Below, piece by piece: positions 48,351 through 62,494 of a stretch of 64,000 bases of DNA. Location: NCBI GenBank assembly GCA_951406725.2, contig OX597818.1:145266001-145330000 (forward strand), in the 5' to 3' direction. The notes beneath the pieces are model-generated. The model was given only the letters and a program-made list of their open reading frames with translations. It had not been told where the DNA came from and made no database searches. The stretch comes from Octopus vulgaris. Taxonomy: Eukaryota. The stretch's first letter is position 1; every line of letters starts with the position of its first letter. A program made the position numbers and the translations under genes.

Positions 48351-48582
48351 AAGGCGGCGAGCTGGCAGAAACGTTAGCACGCCGGGTGAAATGCTTAGCA
48401 GTATTTCGTCTGTCTCTGCGTTCTGAGTTCAAATTCCGCCGAGGTCGACTTTGCCTTTCATCCTTTCGGGGTCGATTAAATAAGTACCAGTTACGCACTG
48501 GAGTCGATGTAACCGACTTAATCCGTTTGTCTGTCCTTGCTTGTCTTCTCTGTGTTTAGCCCCTTGTGGGTAGTAAAGAAAT
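48351..48582 (+). mobile_element. tRNA-related SINE, family A, full length with TSD
   Basis: A-box-like AGCTGGCAGAAACGTTAG and B-box GAGTTCAAATTCC. 17-bp TSD AGGTATTCCACA(G/C)GTGA at 48334-48350 and 48583-48599. Confidence 0.9.
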
Positions 48583-48647
48583 AGGTATTCCACACGTGAC
48601 CATCCCGTATTCTATTCGAATGTTTTGTGTATGTATTTTTGAGAGTG

Positions 48648-48712
<65 letters not shown>

Positions 48713-49556
48713 ATTAAGGATTAAATCATCTTGCGTGTCCTTCCCTCTTCTTCCTTTTTGCAATGGCAGGTTGTGATTTGAGGGAGATTTGACTGTTATT
48801 TTCTAACAATCCGAATAAAAGTGTAGAAATTCGCTCATGGTGATGATGATGGATGATGTTGATGATGATGATAGTTATCGTGGTGACGGTGGTGGTGGTG
48901 GTGATGGTGGTGGTAATGGTGGTTGTGGTTGATTTCATGCGATTGCTGCTACTGCTGTTCATGTTGCAGATGACAATGCAAACGGTGGTGGTGGCTGCGC
49001 AGGTAGCGGTGGTGATCTTGGTGTTTGTTAATGCTGATTATTATATCTGTGAAGAGACAACGATGATGGTAACGGTGACATTGATGCTACTGATGATGTT
49101 GGTGATAGTGATGTTACTAATGATGCTAACAGCAGCGATGGCGACAAAGGTTAGGAACAGACAGTGATGAAATTCCATAAAAAATCTGCTCGTTGTAAAT
49201 GAAAGAGACTTACCATTTACTACCAGAGTGTGAAATACTCTACTTGACAGAGATAAATTAGAAAAATATAAAGAAAAAGAACAAAACATATGACTGTGCC
49301 AATAGTCCAATCAGTAGCTAGGACAAAATGTAAAAAAAAATACTAAAAATAAATGCAGTGTAGTATAAAACGAGATTATAGTAAAGGAGATAGCCTATGT
49401 TAATACGATGCTGACTTTTTATGAATTAGGGATTTCCATTAGATCAACCCTTTGAGGTGTATGACATCTATGAAGACTCAGTTCTTTTGTTAGTGGTGTG
49501 GTGAGTGCTTTTACTCATGGAGTAGTACTTATAGAGTATATTTATATACTATAGAG

Positions 49557-49889
49557 CAGTGATACTGAAAGTGGTGGTGGCCGGACCGGTGACGGCCCGC
49601 GAGCCGTCATCTGCCGGTACGCAGAAAGAAAAGAAAGAAACTATAGCATAATTTCAGTAATTTCGCCTTACGCTCTGCAGTAAACAACTTATCAGCTTAT
49701 GTAATATTGTATTATATGTTTACGAAACAAATATAAGATAAAAGAAAATCGTCAACATTTATCATATTCATCATATATATTGTTTCCGGTATAAATTAAT
49801 ATTACTAAGAAATATTACCGGTCCCTGGTGCATTGGAAAAAAAAAAAAAACCTGCCGGTACGCCACATCAGATAGTTTGAGAAGCACTG
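49557..49889. mobile_element. hAT (Charlie-like) MITE
   Basis: Imperfect TIRs CAGTGATACTGAAA / TTTGAGAAGCACTG and repeated subterminal (G)CCGGTAC motifs. No convincing 8-bp TSD. Confidence 0.55.
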
Positions 49890-50996
49890 TATTAGTAGAT
49901 ATTTATATACTCTAAAGAGTATATTTATATACTAAAGAGTATATTTTAGAGTTTATTTATATATACAGTAGTAATTATAGTGTATTTTACTTATAGAGTA
50001 TATTTATAAGCTCTTGATGTTATAGAGTATACCTATAAGCTTTTGATCATAGATCAAAAGCGTTCCAGCCATGGCACACCAATGTGCTCATCAGTCCTTG
50101 GCTAAATATAATTCGAGAAAGACGGGTTACTATTTCTAACAGGCCCAAGGATACGGTAGAGTATCTTTCACTGACCCGCGATGATATCATTTTCATGTTG
50201 TTTAAGTTGGTCAAATTATCTGATCAAATCCTCACCAAATTGTACTCACACACAGAAAAATTCACTCGGTACCTCTAGAGTGCTGACCCTACTGCTTACA
50301 GTAGTGAAATCATTTCTATTCCGAGGTGCATATATTTAGGCACTCACTCACATTTGAGAGTTTCAGCTCAGACACGAAACATTGTCACTAATAAGGCACG
50401 TTAATATAATCAATTCATTAGTCTATCATTTCTTCCACCTGCGAATTTCTGTCATAAGATCAGATTAAAAATTTAGAAGATTAATTCTAACAGTAGATAT
50501 AAATTGTTGGTGTAAATTATTGTAAGAATACCTGAAATAATCGAGAAGTTATCAAAAACTAAATTCTGAGATATGTGACAAAAAAAAAATAAATAAATAA
50601 CTGTGAGGGTTATATCAATCTTGTTTGAGTACTAAGACGGAAGAATATGGATCAAATGGTTGAAAGGAACTAAGTGTTCTGGAAATTGTAGAGGCTTGTC
50701 TCACTATCTAGAGTTACGCAAATAGATGGGCCTTTCCTTAGCTCAAGTATATGAAAAGGAAAATGAGCTTTGTATTCTTTTCTGTTCAAATGTGGACTGT
50801 TAAGAAATGTTTTCTTTAGGTCGCCTTTATCAATTTTAATGTCTGTCGAACAGTGGAATCATTAGGATATTAGACAAATATCTTTATGTATATGCTGCTT
50901 CACTTTCCGATCTGACTTCAAATCCTGCGAGATCAACTTTGCCTTTTAACTGTACAGACAGATAAATCGACCACAGTTAAGCTCTGAGATCGATTT

Positions 50997-51032
<36 letters not shown>

Positions 51033-51479
51033 GCTCGCACTTTCTCTCTCCTCCAGATTCAGCTGTTCTTCGAGATGTGGGTAATTATTGATGCAATTTG
51101 TAAGAGGAAAAGTCAAAAATATACAAGACTTCTAAAGTTCAGCATCTAACCATATACCATTATTGTTATGTAAATTACTGTGTAGAACTTGCTCTTTTTT
51201 CCTTAAAGACCAGAATCTTCTTTATGAAAAGAATTTGAAAAAAAAAAACGAACACACAAACACGCATATGAGGAAGCAGTGGTTTATCATTGATTCAAAC
51301 AGATTTTGAATGTCGTATCATATCCTTTCAATAACATCCATAAATCACCAACCACAGAAGTGCATTCATCGATCAAGTCTGCATGCATGATGCAAATAAC
51401 ATCACGGGAAGTAAAAAGAAAATTCTTAGAAAGTATTTGGTTTCGGGTAAGTTGCTCAGCTCTATTGCAACAAAATTGA

Positions 51480-52190
51480 GATGAAATACTTTCTACTTTT
51501 CAGCAGAAGCCATGCATGGCTATGTTGTCACAAAACGTCAGAGTAATAGTGATATTAGTAATCGGAGTAATCTTGGGTCATGCTTTTATGAAATTATATC
51601 TCTGACTTACAAAATGGATAGAGATGCATCCAAAAGACCAAGATCTGGAAACTTGTATGGACTATAAAAGTAACACAGAAGGTGTGACTCACATTATAAA
51701 CAGCTTTCAGAAAATGTCATCAAGATACTATGTACTTATGAGACATGATGCATTGGTCAAAACACTATACAATACTTTCCGCGAAAACGGCTGCCCTAAA
51801 GATAAAAATAAAAGACCAAAATATGCAAATCGGTAGCAGGCAAACTCACTTATAATATGAAAGAAAATTGGTGGAATATCCCGGTCAAATTGTCAGCAAA
51901 ATTTGGTGTAATAGAAGTGTGTAGAGTAAGAAACCGGTTGCTCAACAGACGTTAATACAATGTTAAAGATAAAATGAAAAGGAAAATACGCCGACTAATG
52001 AGAAATCAATAGATACAATACCCGGACTATTACTTTAGTTTTATACCTGTGATTATTGAGGCATTTGGAGATGTAAATACCCGAAAACTAATCTTGAACC
52101 AGAACCAGAAAGGTCACGGCTAATTAGGTAATTGCAGTTACAAGCCATTAACTGAACTGTGAAAATATGTGAAACATTCCGGAAACTTAC
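51480..52190 (+). mobile_element. RLE-type non-LTR retrotransposon C-terminal remnant (degenerate zinc knuckle, RHD motif)
   Basis: ORF 51624: CMDYKSNTEGVTHIINS…YYVLMRHDALVKTLY, then WWNIPVK, YPDYYFSFIPVIIEAFG, TVKICETF. Confidence 0.65.
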
Positions 52191-52644
52191 TCTCTTACTC
52201 TGTATTATGTACCTGTATCAACGTAGTCATATTGATAATATAATACAATATATGTGTGTGTGTGTGTATCTATATATATTGATATGTCCATGTGTGTGTG
52301 TATGCACATAAGTTAAACCATACATGCCCATACACATACATATAGCTGCTTCTAACCTGCAGCGTTTCAATGTATGTATAAATTCACATTAAATTATTCA
52401 TGCAGTTGCCTATGTTAGTTAATGTTTAAATGGGAATCACGAAAAGAAAGAGACCAGTTAACACGCCCTTTATAATTTGTAAGCGGAGCAGTTAAAATAT
52501 GGAAGACATTTCTAAAGTTCAACATGTGACACTTAAAGATTTTGTTAGCCAAATTACCAAAGATGAAACTTTGTTTCTTCCTTCTAAGTAGAATACAAAT
52601 AATTATCAAAAAAAAGATTATATATATCTATATGCATACATACA

Positions 52645-52680
<36 letters not shown>

Positions 52681-52726
52681 TGTATGTATGTATGTATGTA
52701 TGTATGTATGTATGTATGTATGTATG

Positions 52727-52784
<58 letters not shown>

Positions 52785-52785
<1 letters not shown>

Positions 52786-53148
52786 GAATTATCTTGTTAC
52801 GGATTATTCAAAAGATAACCGATACCTGGGTAGCAAAAATCACAACAGAAAATTCACGGTTTAGGTTACGACCATGAGGTCTCAAACCCGTGCCTTAATG
52901 CGGAAATTTGAAGTTTATATATTTAGTGCAGGAAGAAATGGAGCTGAACGAAGATTTAACAAAATTCCTTTTTATTATTTTCTACATATGTTTCAAAGGC
53001 TGCAAAGTCCCTAATTCGGATTGAATAAGGAGACCATTTTGCAGCCTTCTCTTCAGGAAAATCCAGGAACTTAATTCTCCAACAAAATGCGCATCAAACT
53101 TTTCGACAAACGCTCGCGAGGAGCCCATGGGATAAATGGCACAGAACT
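52785..53148 (-). mobile_element. Penelope-like pLTR fragment between TA/TATG microsatellites
   Basis: About 360 bp of complex sequence bounded by microsatellites and containing an intact hammerhead motif. Confidence 0.7.
52977..53062 (-). ncRNA. Type I hammerhead ribozyme motif with long stem II
   Basis: Minus strand reads ATTTTC-CTGAAGA-GAAGGCTGCAAA-(31 nt)-TTTGCAGCCTTT-GAAA-CATATG-TA-GAAAAT: 6-bp stem I, 12-bp stem II, palindromic stem III, GUA triplet. Confidence 0.88.
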
Positions 53149-53153
53149 GTATA

Positions 53154-53189
<36 letters not shown>

Positions 53190-53231
53190 TGTATGTATGT
53201 ATGTATGTATGTATGTATGTATGTATGTATG

Positions 53232-53279
<48 letters not shown>

Positions 53280-53397
53280 TACATCGCGTTTCATTATCTA
53301 CAGTTGTTGAATTAATTGCTATGATTAAGATTTTTTACAATCTAGCTCAATTATTATGCGATGAATTTAATGATTAAAAACGGCAAGCATATAATAT

Positions 53398-53446
<49 letters not shown>

Positions 53447-53949
53447 AAAACACACATTGATGCATAAACGTTCACACACTCATACATACACATAATTTAT
53501 TCTACATTCGTATTTTAGATTTACATGTACACCGCCCATCTATTTTCTACGGAATTACAGAGTTCAGAACTGCTTTGTAATTCTGCCATTTCGCTGCATT
53601 CACAACGAGTAATGAAATCATCATCGCTGTTGTTGCTGTCGTCGATAATATCGCCATTGTTGTTGTCGTTGTCGTTGTTGTTATTATTATTATTATTATT
53701 ATTATTGTGTATCATTTTTTTTTTCATCTGAAAGCTTGTGAAATTGACAGGAATACATATTTATCCCCACAACCACGACAAGTACCACCGTCATAATTAC
53801 CGCTACCACCACCACCACCACTGTCATCATCATCATCATCATCATCCTCATCGTTATCACCATCGTTATCATTGTTTTCCTTCTTTACGTCCTCCTTCTA
53901 CTCATCATCACGATCATCATGAATGTCAGTCATCATCACCACTCCCACA

Positions 53950-54277
<328 letters not shown>

Positions 54278-54390
54278 CAACATAGACAACGATAGGAGCG
54301 GTGGCAGTGACGGTGGCAGCAACAGTAGCAGCAGCATCACCACAACACCAACATTAACAGCTGCAACAATTGTCTAAGATAAGATACCTG

Positions 54391-54507
54391 ACCACCACCA
54401 CCACCACCACCACCACCACCACCACCACCACCACCACCACTACAACCACCACCACCACCACCACCACCACCACCACCACCACCACTACAACTACCACCAC
54501 CAGCACC

Positions 54508-54538
<31 letters not shown>

Positions 54539-54621
54539 CCACCACCACCACCACCACCACCACCACCACCACCACCACCACCACCACCACTACAACTACC
54601 ACCACCACCACCACCACTACA

Positions 54622-54653
<32 letters not shown>

Positions 54654-55100
54654 CACCACCACCACCACCACCACCACCACCACCACCACCACCACCACCA
54701 CCACCACCACCACTACAACTACCACAACTACCACCACCACCACCACCACCACCACCACCACCACCACCACTACAACTACTACCACCACCACCACCACCAC
54801 CACCACCACCACCACCACCACCACCACCACTACAACTACCACCACCACCACCACCACACCACACACTACTACTACCACACCACCACCACCACCACCACCA
54901 CCACCACCACCACCACCACCACCACCACCACCACCACTACAACTACCACCACCACCACCACCACCACCACCACTACTACTACCACCACCACCACCACCAC
55001 AACTACTACCACCACCACCACCACCACCACTACAACTACTACCACCACCACCACCACCACCACTACAACTACTACCACCACCACCACCACCATCACCATC
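54391..55100. repeat. (ACC)n compound microsatellite punctuated by a recurring CTACAACT unit
   Basis: Direct reading of the sequence. Confidence 0.95.
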
Positions 55101-55317
55101 ACCGGCTCCATTGCCTCTTCTAAAAGTCAGTCTGTGCCAGCTTCGCCAGCTTCGCCAGTTCCAAAGCTGAAAATCGAATTTTTTAACAGCAGCAGATAAA
55201 ATTAAAATCACTTTGTTGTAGCCATGACAACCACAGCAGTTCCATTCTCTGAGACCGCCTGACGTTTCTGTGTGCGTTGATGGAGGTGTTGGCCACTGGT
55301 GCTAGTGCAGGTGATGG

Positions 55318-55409
55318 TGGTGGTCGTGGTGGTCGTGGTGGTCGTGGTGGTCGTGGTGGTCGTGGTGGTCGTGGTGGTCGTGGTGGTCGTGGTGGTCGTG
55401 GTGGTCGTG
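55318..55409. repeat. (GGTGGTCGT)n 9-bp minisatellite
   Basis: About 10 perfect copies. Confidence 0.95.
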
Positions 55410-55694
55410 GCTGCAGAGGTGCTAAAGGTTGTGATGGTGGTTGTATTAATAGAGGTGTTAGTCGTTATGGTGTTAGCAGTTGAGGTGGTGGTCGTGGTTG
55501 GATTGATAGAGGTGTTGGCCAGTGGTGTTAGAGGAGATGGTATAAGTAGCGCTGGATGTGGAGGTGATAAAGGTTGTGATGGCGGTTGTGTTAATAGAGG
55601 TGTTGGTCGTTGTGATAGTAATAGTGGTGGTGTTAGTAGTGAAATCCTGTGAGGTTGAGTGGCAGTTGCATTGTTTTTAGTGGTAGTAGTAGTG

Positions 55695-55730
<36 letters not shown>

Positions 55731-56054
55731 ATGGTGGTGATGCTGATGGCAATAGTGATGGTAAAGGCAGTTATGGTGGTAGTGGTGGTGGTAGTGGTTA
55801 TGGAAGTGTTGGAGATTTTGATGATAATCCTTGTTGGTTGTGCTAATAAAGGTTTTGGGGTTATGCTGTTACTGGTAAACATCAGTTGTGTGGGTTGTGG
55901 TATTTAGTGGTGAAAGTCTGACGAAGTGCTGCTGGTTGGTGATAGCGGTTGTGATTATGGTGCTTGTGGTAATTGTTAAGAAAGAGTGTCGGCCTGCTGT
56001 GTTAGTGATGGTTGTGGTGTTGGCAGTTGGAGGTTGCTATGCTGACCTGTGATG

Positions 56055-56200
56055 TTGGCCGGTGCCGTGGTGTTGGTTGGCGCCGTGGTGTTGGTTGGCG
56101 CCGTGGTGTTGGTTGGTGCCGTGATATTGGTTGGTGCCGTGGGCTGGTTGGTGCCGTGGGCTGGTTGGTGCCGTGGGCTGGTTGGTGCCGTGGGGTTGGT
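56055..56200. repeat. 17-18 bp minisatellite (GTTGGTTGGTGCCGTGGT-like)
   Basis: About 8 diverging copies. Confidence 0.9.
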
Positions 56201-56633
56201 TGTAACGTTCCTTATAACCATGATGGTGGTTGTACTAGAGGTGGTTGTTGTGGCGAAGGTAGATTGTTGATGGTAGTTTATATAAGTACTGGTAGCAGTA
56301 GTAATTGGAGTGGAGTTGCCCTGTAGTTTTGGATGTAGTCGTAATGTTGTTTGTGTTGTTATTTATTGCCGTGATGGCGGTTGTGGTTCCATTTGCCCCA
56401 AGGAAAAACTAAGCTAAGCGCATTAGATTCCTTGGAAGAAAGCTTCGAATGTATACAAAACAAGGACAGAAAAAACGGACGATGTTACACGAATATGAAT
56501 ACAAAATTAATACGTAAAAACAACAATAACAACAACAATAATAATAATAATAACAATAACAGGACATCACAAACAGGCGTCCCAGGTAGTATTTTCTTAT
56601 ACATATATATATAGCGGCGTACGTACCCTCTCT

Positions 56634-56683
<50 letters not shown>

Positions 56684-56776
56684 TATGGCCACAGCTCATA
56701 TATATATACATACATATGGCCACAGCTCATGAGCTGAAACTAAAAAATCAAAAAAAAAAATATATATATACATACA

Positions 56777-56906
<130 letters not shown>

Positions 56907-57712
56907 TATATGCATGTGCGTGTGTATACTGAAAGCTTGTCTTAGTGAGGTGTTCTTCTCCGCAAGGGTTCAACAAACTACTGCATAAAATTGTTTCTGC
57001 CTCCGACAGAAAGCCATAGGAAAAAAAAAAAAAAAACTAGGAAAGACAAAGGATAGACGGAAAGGGCCAAACGTTCATGCACGATACAAACGGAACATTT
57101 TCCTTCGAAACCTCTGACTCTGTTTAGACAGAGTAACACGAATGCACGCACGCACGCACGCACGCACGCACACACACTTGCGGGCACACATTTCCATTCT
57201 CTACTATTTTCTTTTCATGAACATTGTTACCTTAACACAAACTAATTTCAGTAATGTTAATTGCTGATAGAGCTCCCACGAGAGAAATACTTTGTTGCTG
57301 AGGCGTTCGGGTGTGTTTTGAGAGCCCGTGTGTATTTAGAACCCGCACGAATAAGTCCCCACTACTCACAAATACACAAACACATAAAAAACCACACACA
57401 AACACACAAAAAAACACACGTATATTAACATTGATGCACACGACACAGACACACATACACGCAAACACGCGCGCATCCACTCACACAATCTCTCTCTCCC
57501 TCTGTCTGTCTCCCTCCCTCTCTCCCTCTGTCTCTATCTCCCTCTCTCCCTCTGTCTCTCTGTCTCTCACACACTTAAGTACGCTCGCAGATATACACAA
57601 AAGTTTGTGCTTGCATTTGTCCGCGTGTGTGTGTGTGCGTGTATATGTGTGTGTGTGTGCGTGTAAGTATGTGTGCGTGCGTGCGTGTATTTGTGTTTCG
57701 GTGCGTGCATAT

Positions 57713-57766
<54 letters not shown>

Positions 57767-58114
57767 ACAAAAAAAGAAAAGTGGCGCCTGTCTCATAAGA
57801 CAGGATGTGTTTAAATATGTTTCTATATTTGAAAACCAGAAAGAACAGTGGAATATCGAGTAAATTGTAAATGTGAATACGTTTGGTATGAGTGAGTACC
57901 CCTACCATCGAATCAACCCGACCATTATGTACCAAATTGGGTTAGGCGGAAACTGTTCGGAAACCTGTCAGGTGGATTCTATCTGTAATTCAATGAACCA
58001 GTATGCTTATTCAAACAAACGCTTATTCTTCATGAGAATTGCGTGAAGGATACAAGTGTCTATGAACACATTGCCCTCGTATACTAATTCAACGATAATA
58101 TTATCTTTGAATTA

Positions 58115-58700
58115 AGGCGGCGAGCTGGCAGCAACGTTAGCGCGCTGGGCGAAATGCTTAGCGGTTTTTCGTCCGCCGCTACTTCTGAGTTCAAATTCCA
58201 CCGAGGTCGACATTGCCTGTCATCCTTTCGGGTCGATAAATTAAGTAAGTACCATTTACGCACTGGGGTCGATATAATCGACTTAATCCGTTTTTCTGTC
58301 GTTGTTTGTCCTCTCTGTGATTAGCCCCTTGTGGGTAGTAAAGAAATAGGTATTTTGTCTGCCGCTACGTTCTGAGTTCAAATTCCGCCGAGGTCAACTT
58401 TGCCTTTCATCCTTTCGGGGTGCGATTAAATAAGTACCAGTTACGCACTGGGGTCGATGCAATCGACTTAATCCGTTTGTCTGTCCTTGTTTGTCACCTC
58501 TGTGTTTAGCCCCTTGTGGGTAGTAAAGAAATAGAAAGAGGTATTTCGTCTCTCTTTACGTTCTGAGTTCAAATTCCGCCGAGGTCGAATTTGCCTTTCA
58601 TCTTTTCGGGGCCGATAAATTAAGTACCTGTTGCGTACTGGGTCGATATAATCGACTGTTACCCACCCAAAATTCGGGCCTTGTGCCTAGAGTAGGAAAG
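58115..58700 (+). mobile_element. Tandem trimer of family A SINEs inside one TSD
   Basis: Units 58115-58349, 58350-58533 and 58534-58700. 18-bp TSD AATATTATC(T/G)TTGAATTA at 58097-58114 and 58701-58718. Confidence 0.9.
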
Positions 58701-59107
58701 AATATTATCGTTGAATTAGTATACAATACAAGCTGAGAGAACATCTATAAAACTCAACGTCCAACCTGGCGTATGATACGTAGAGCGGATGTACGCATAT
58801 GTGTGTGTGTATGTATGTATATGTGTGTGAGTGTGCGTTTGTGTTTGTCTAGTAGAAGTAGTAGCAGTTGTAGTGGTGGTGGTGGTGGTGGTGGTGGTGG
58901 TGGTGATGTTGGTGTTTTGAGTAGAAATAACAACAACAAAAACAATAAAAACAACAGTGTGTTTACATCAACATCATCAGCAATAAGAGCTACAGCGGCC
59001 GTAGCAGAAGTAGTAGTTGCAGCGGCGAGTAGCCATCTGCAAGGGCAAGATATACGTATGTTTGGACAAACCGAAGACATACACAGACTCACACACGCGT
59101 ACACAAG

Positions 59108-59149
<42 letters not shown>

Positions 59150-59186
59150 AGCACAAGCGCACACTCACATACACACATATGTATAT

Positions 59187-59239
<53 letters not shown>

Positions 59240-59242
<3 letters not shown>

Positions 59243-59542
59243 CGTGACCGACCAGACTATCAGATGTTGCTACACATCACTGGTCACAGTGCGCGTCGCA
59301 TTGTTTCAGCCTTCAAATGACGCCACCCCGCTCGCTAAGCGAGCAGGCCATCAGAAGAAAGCGTGAGAGAAAGTTGTGGCGAAAGAGTACAGCAGGGATC
59401 TCCAACCAAACCCCAGCCGGAGTGTCGTGGAGCTTTAGATGTTTTTTCGCTCAATAAACATTCACTACACCCGTTATGGGAATCGAAACCACGATCCTAC
59501 CACCGCGAGTCCGCTGCCCTAACCACTGGGCCATTGCTCCTC
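59240..59542 (-). mobile_element. SINE family C
   Basis: Reverse complement of the 18263 copy, including the GGTCACGGTG tail. tRNA-like head with a CTCGCGG (Arg-like) anticodon region. Confidence 0.85.
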
Positions 59543-59641
59543 CGCACATATATACTTATACATACATATTTGTATATATGTATCGAGGGTGGACGGATGG
59601 ATGGATATAGATATGTATATATGTATATATGTATATATGTA

Positions 59642-59727
<86 letters not shown>

Positions 59728-59745
59728 TGTGTGTATGTGTGTGTG

Positions 59746-59781
<36 letters not shown>

Positions 59782-59836
59782 AAATATATTTGTTATTTGT
59801 GTGAGTATATGCATTAAATATATATATATATATATA

Positions 59837-59899
<63 letters not shown>

Positions 59900-59974
59900 T
59901 CTGGTCGGGACATGATTGAACTACAATAACAACGACTACATTTACATTGAGATTGAAAATATGCAGGATTTTTT

Positions 59975-60234
59975 TCTTTTATTCTTTTATTTGTTTCAGT
60001 AATTTGAATGCGGCCATGCGGGAGCACCGCCTTTAGTCAAGCAAATCGACTCCCGGACTTATTCTTTTGTAAGCCTACTACTTATTGTATCGGTCTCTCA
60101 TGTCGAACCGCAAGGTGACGGGGACATAAACGCAACAGCATCGGTTGTCAAGCGATGTTGAGGGGACAAACACAGACACGCAAACACATATATACATACA
60201 CACACACACACACACACACAGAGACACAGACACA

Positions 60235-60294
<60 letters not shown>

Positions 60295-60452
60295 CGACGG
60301 GCTTCTTTCAGTTTCCGCCTACCAAATCCACTCACAAGGCCTTGGTCGGCCCGAGGCTATCGTAGAAGACACATGCTCAAGGTGCTACGCAGTGGGACTG
60401 AACCAGAAACCATGTGGTTGGTAAGCAAGCTACTTACCACACATCCACTCCT
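59975..60452 (-). mobile_element. SINE family B, full length
   Basis: Collinear with 18982-19361, with an expanded internal (CA)n/(TA)n. Confidence 0.88.
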
Positions 60453-60593
60453 AGGAAATACTTTACAAAATAGTTTGTAAGCTGAATTATTGAATAAATA
60501 TGTAAATTGCACCTTTCTATGCATTTCTAATTCTACGATGATAATTCATTTTGAACACACTGGACATTAAAATACTGTTGATCTCCACCAGGT

Positions 60594-60880
60594 CGATTCA
60601 ACGGCCCACAATTATTTAATGCCTCGCCAAAACATCTGAGAGATCTTCACAGAGCAGGTACAAATGTTTTCAAAAAACAATTATATCTCCTGCTGTTCAA
60701 GCTTCCAGATGATCTTATATCAGGGCAAGAAACCTAAAAGAGGGCAGCAGTGTGCGGTGTCGAACTCTCTTCTTCACCAAAAGCTAGTCGCATAAGAATG
60801 GCCATTGAAAATGGGATTACACAGGCGGTGCTCCAGCATAGCAACAGCCTTTTTGCTGAAACCTATAGAAAATTAGAAAA
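60594..60880 (+). mobile_element. CR1-clade LINE 3' end (same family as 24.9 kb) with tail
   Basis: FNGPQLFNASPKHLRDLHRAGTNVFKKQLYLLLFKLPDD…KRAA, followed by the tail GGCGGTGCTCCAGCAT…CAGC…GCTGAAAC. Confidence 0.75.
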
Positions 60881-60974
60881 GAATATCTAGATTGTATTTC
60901 TTTTATGTTAGATTGGGAGTTGATTTAATTATTATTCCTAATGTATTCAAAAACAACAACAATATATATATTTT

Positions 60975-61155
60975 TTTTCCTCCGTCTTCCCTTCTTTGGA
61001 TCTTTCCTTTTCCTATGTCTCTGACGAAGAGCTCCGCTCGAAACGTTGAACCCTCCTTCTTTCCTTCTTTCCTGAGCGTCCAATAATACTATACTTGTTC
61101 CACGTCCTCGCGTTGTTGTGTTTTCTCTGTGTGTTTTCATGTTTGGATTAACTTT
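60975..61155 (+). mobile_element. Penelope-like pLTR fragment with hammerhead motif (61017-61051)
   Basis: GTCT-CTGACGA-A-GAGC-tcc-GCTC-GAAA-CG-TT-GAAC with an imperfect stem I. Ends in (TA)n. Confidence 0.65.
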
Positions 61156-61166
61156 ATATATATATT

Positions 61167-61223
<57 letters not shown>

Positions 61224-61254
61224 ATGTATGTATGTATATATATATGTATGTATG

Positions 61255-61291
<37 letters not shown>

Positions 61292-61500
61292 ATAATTAGG
61301 TATATGTATCTATGTATATATTCAGCCATATATGTACAGTTTTTATATTAAATATTAAAACGTTAGTATAGCGATAACGGCGTGTTTTTTATTTGGAAGA
61401 TAGTGGATATCACGTTTAGCAGAGTGGAAAATAAATAAGGATTTTTCATTCTGTTCTGGATATCTAAAGACAAAATACAGCAGGCGCGGCGCGCGTACGC

Positions 61501-61562
<62 letters not shown>

Positions 61563-62284
61563 CTAGTGCGTATGCATGTGGGCATTTTATATTCATATAT
61601 ATGTTTATAACTAAACTCATGAATATTGTAAGATTAAAATTCAAGAAATATATAAAATTGTAAGCGATAACAATGAAAATCATTCATTCCCCATATATCT
61701 CTGTAATGTATATAAAATATAATATTCTTTATAATGTAAAGTCATACGATTAACTTACGCTTTATAAACAGAATGTTTCGATCATAAAGAATGTCGAAGA
61801 TTTTATATTATTACGTCTGCTTGGATGACAATACAAAAAAAATATGCACGTAGCTGCGTAAATCGATCAAATAGTGTAAGAGAGTGCGAAAAATATCGGA
61901 ACTAACTAGGCTGTGAAACATTAGATGAAAGAATCCAGAAAGAAATGTATGGAAATGTGATCAATTTCTCTCGTTTGTTTGATTGAACTTTAATAAGAAT
62001 CCAGGTGCACACAAACGCGCACATACACATGCACGCACGCACACACACACACATTTGAATATATTTGAATACATTTGCATGCGCGTGTGTGTCCGTGTCT
62101 GTGCAGCTTCCTGCTAATACGTACAAACATATGGATATATATAAGTAAATAAATATTTATGAAAGAGCAAGCGAGAGAATAAGCGCTCAATATATGAAGT
62201 TTGATTTACCTGTTCGGTCGGAACTGATAAATCCTTTAGCTGCTTCAGCCAACGCGCACAGGCACGCACACATGCACGTGTACA

Positions 62285-62347
<63 letters not shown>

Positions 62348-62494
62348 GCACACACACGCACACACACACATGAGGATTACAAATAAAAGAACGCTGGAAA
62401 CATAAGGCCGAGTTTATATTTATTTATTTGGAAACAACCACTTATTGACATCATAGCTACCAGGGGTTTCATACATGTAACTAATATGCAGAAG

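Noticed and set aside
55208-56326. Mucin-like (Thr/Pro; TAPTN repeats) or Gly/Arg-rich (GGR) ORFs
   Set aside because: Low-complexity tandem repeats, with 17-bp units breaking frame and no signal peptide or exon context.
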